DNA of 64,000 nucleotides from NCBI RefSeq assembly GCF_056746865.1, contig NZ_CM163382.1; one strand, 5' to 3'. Shown piece by piece: positions 63,139 to 64,000 of this stretch (position 1 is its first letter; each line of letters starts with the position of its first letter). The notes under the pieces were generated by a model. It saw only the letters and a program-made list of their open reading frames with translations, ran no database searches and was not told where the DNA came from. The position numbers and the translations under genes were made by a program.

Positions 63139-63588
63139 GGGGGGATATAGATTTATATATAATAAAACGTTTTTATGTTTTTAAATTAAGTTATAAAAAT
63201 TTTCCCGAGACAATTCATCAATAGGTATGGAGTGTACAGGAATATCTTCTTCACTAACCTCTTTAAACTCATGTCGATAACGGTCAAAAAACGCACAGTG
63301 ATTACTTGTGTTTTTTGACTGACTTTACAACTCTCATTATTCGCTATTGTGCAGTTTCTCTAATTGTTTTATACCCTGGAAAGTTAAATGTCAGCTACTG
63401 AATACTTTTTGATTGTTTGAGATTTATTTTCATTTGAAATTATAAAATCAGGTGATAAATGAGTTGTGATTAATAGATGGTTGATATCATTTTTATCTAA
63501 AATTGATTTATAGTATCGACCTGAAAAAATAGTTGTTGCCGCCTGAGTAACTATACAATATTCTGAAAGGTTTTCTTTCAAATTAGAA

Positions 63589-64000
63589 ATGTTGTGGGGT
63601 TTTGTTTTTGTATCTTTTATCTCTAAGGAGCTTGCTTTGGGTCAATCAGAATACATTTCATGGGTAAAATGTACTTCCTGGCTAAGTAACTTTGTGAATC
63701 TTAGAGGGTTGAGACAACCGGATGGCCGTCCTCTTTATGAATATCATGCAACCAATGATGAATATACCCAATTAACGCAGCTACTCCGTGCAGTCGGTCA
63801 ATCACAATCTAATATATGTAATAGGGACTTTGCTGCCTGTTTTGTTCTTTTTTGCTCTGAGTGGTACCGCAGGGATTATGAACGGCAATGCGGATGGACG
63901 TGGGACCCTATATATAAAAAAATAGGGATTTCATTCACCGCCACAGAGCTTGGTACTATCGTACCGAAAGGGATGGAAGATTACTGGCTGCGCCCAATTC
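63589..64000 (+). CDS. yjiT: YjiT-like protein, N-terminal part (continues beyond the window); start is either ATG 63589 or TTG 63637 (strong AAGGAG RBS)
   Basis: Frame is open from 63547 to the window end (..GQSEYISWVKCTSWLSNFVNLRGLRQPDGRPLYEYHATNDEYTQLTQLLRAVGQ..). Confidence 0.6.
   Translation, partial: MLWGFVFVSFISKELALGQSEYISWVKCTSWLSNFVNLRGLRQPDGRPLYEYHATNDEYTQLTQLLRAVGQSQSNICNRDFAACFVLFCSEWYRRDYERQCGWTWDPIYKKIGISFTATELGTIVPKGMEDYWLRPI

Noticed and set aside
63384-63581. 65-aa minus-strand ORF in the AT-rich yjiS-yjiT spacer
   Set aside because: AT-rich codon composition, no RBS, overlaps the probable yjiT promoter region.

Overview
This window is an Escherichia coli chromosomal segment: the distal end of a leuX-type island (KpLE2-like region) running into the conserved core through the fim, uxu and yji genes. 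From left to right: (1) a CP4-type prophage remnant terminus (antirestriction-like fragment, radC-like, yeeT-like, cbeA-like antitoxin) whose cbtA-like toxin gene is split at codon ~20 by a 2.6-kb IS21-family element (istA-istB) with a 5-bp GTCAC target duplication; (2) a four-gene cluster not present in the K-12 layout as I recall it: methylthioribose kinase (mtnK), methylthioribose-1-P isomerase (mtnA), a FucA-like class II aldolase and a RhaT/GlcU-like transporter; (3) K-12-like yjhU, yjhFGHI (xylonate-type catabolism), the sgcREAQCBX PTS cluster, a run of decayed genes (VOC-like and zinc-ribbon pseudogenes each with a Tyr->TAA nonsense codon, a frameshifted GNAT remnant, a truncated helicase/PLD-nuclease gene yjhR) flanking the intact yjhP-yjhQ-topAI module, and an IS5 copy with a CTAA duplication; (4) nanS-nanM-nanC, the long nanC-fimB regulatory region with a NanR-type GGTATA operator, fimB, fimE, the 314-bp invertible fimS switch (which I read as phase-OFF) and fimAICDFGH; (5) gntP, uxuAB, uxuR with a TGGTTAACCA operator palindrome, yjiC, iraD/hypT (convergent 8-nt overlap), iadA-yjiG-yjiH, kptA, yjiJ, yjiK, a small translationally coupled ORF plus yjiL-yjiM, yjiN, mdtM, an apparently intact rpnD, yjiR, the 54-aa yjiS (missed by the ORF track) and the start of yjiT. 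I found no rRNA, tRNA or CRISPR array. I did not find a convincing wholly undescribed system; the most notable accessory content is the mtnK-mtnA-aldolase-transporter cluster, which fits the known DHAP-shunt type of SAM by-product salvage, and the least understood conserved module is yjiK/small ORF/yjiL/yjiM. All identifications are from reading the translations and motifs; no database search was run.
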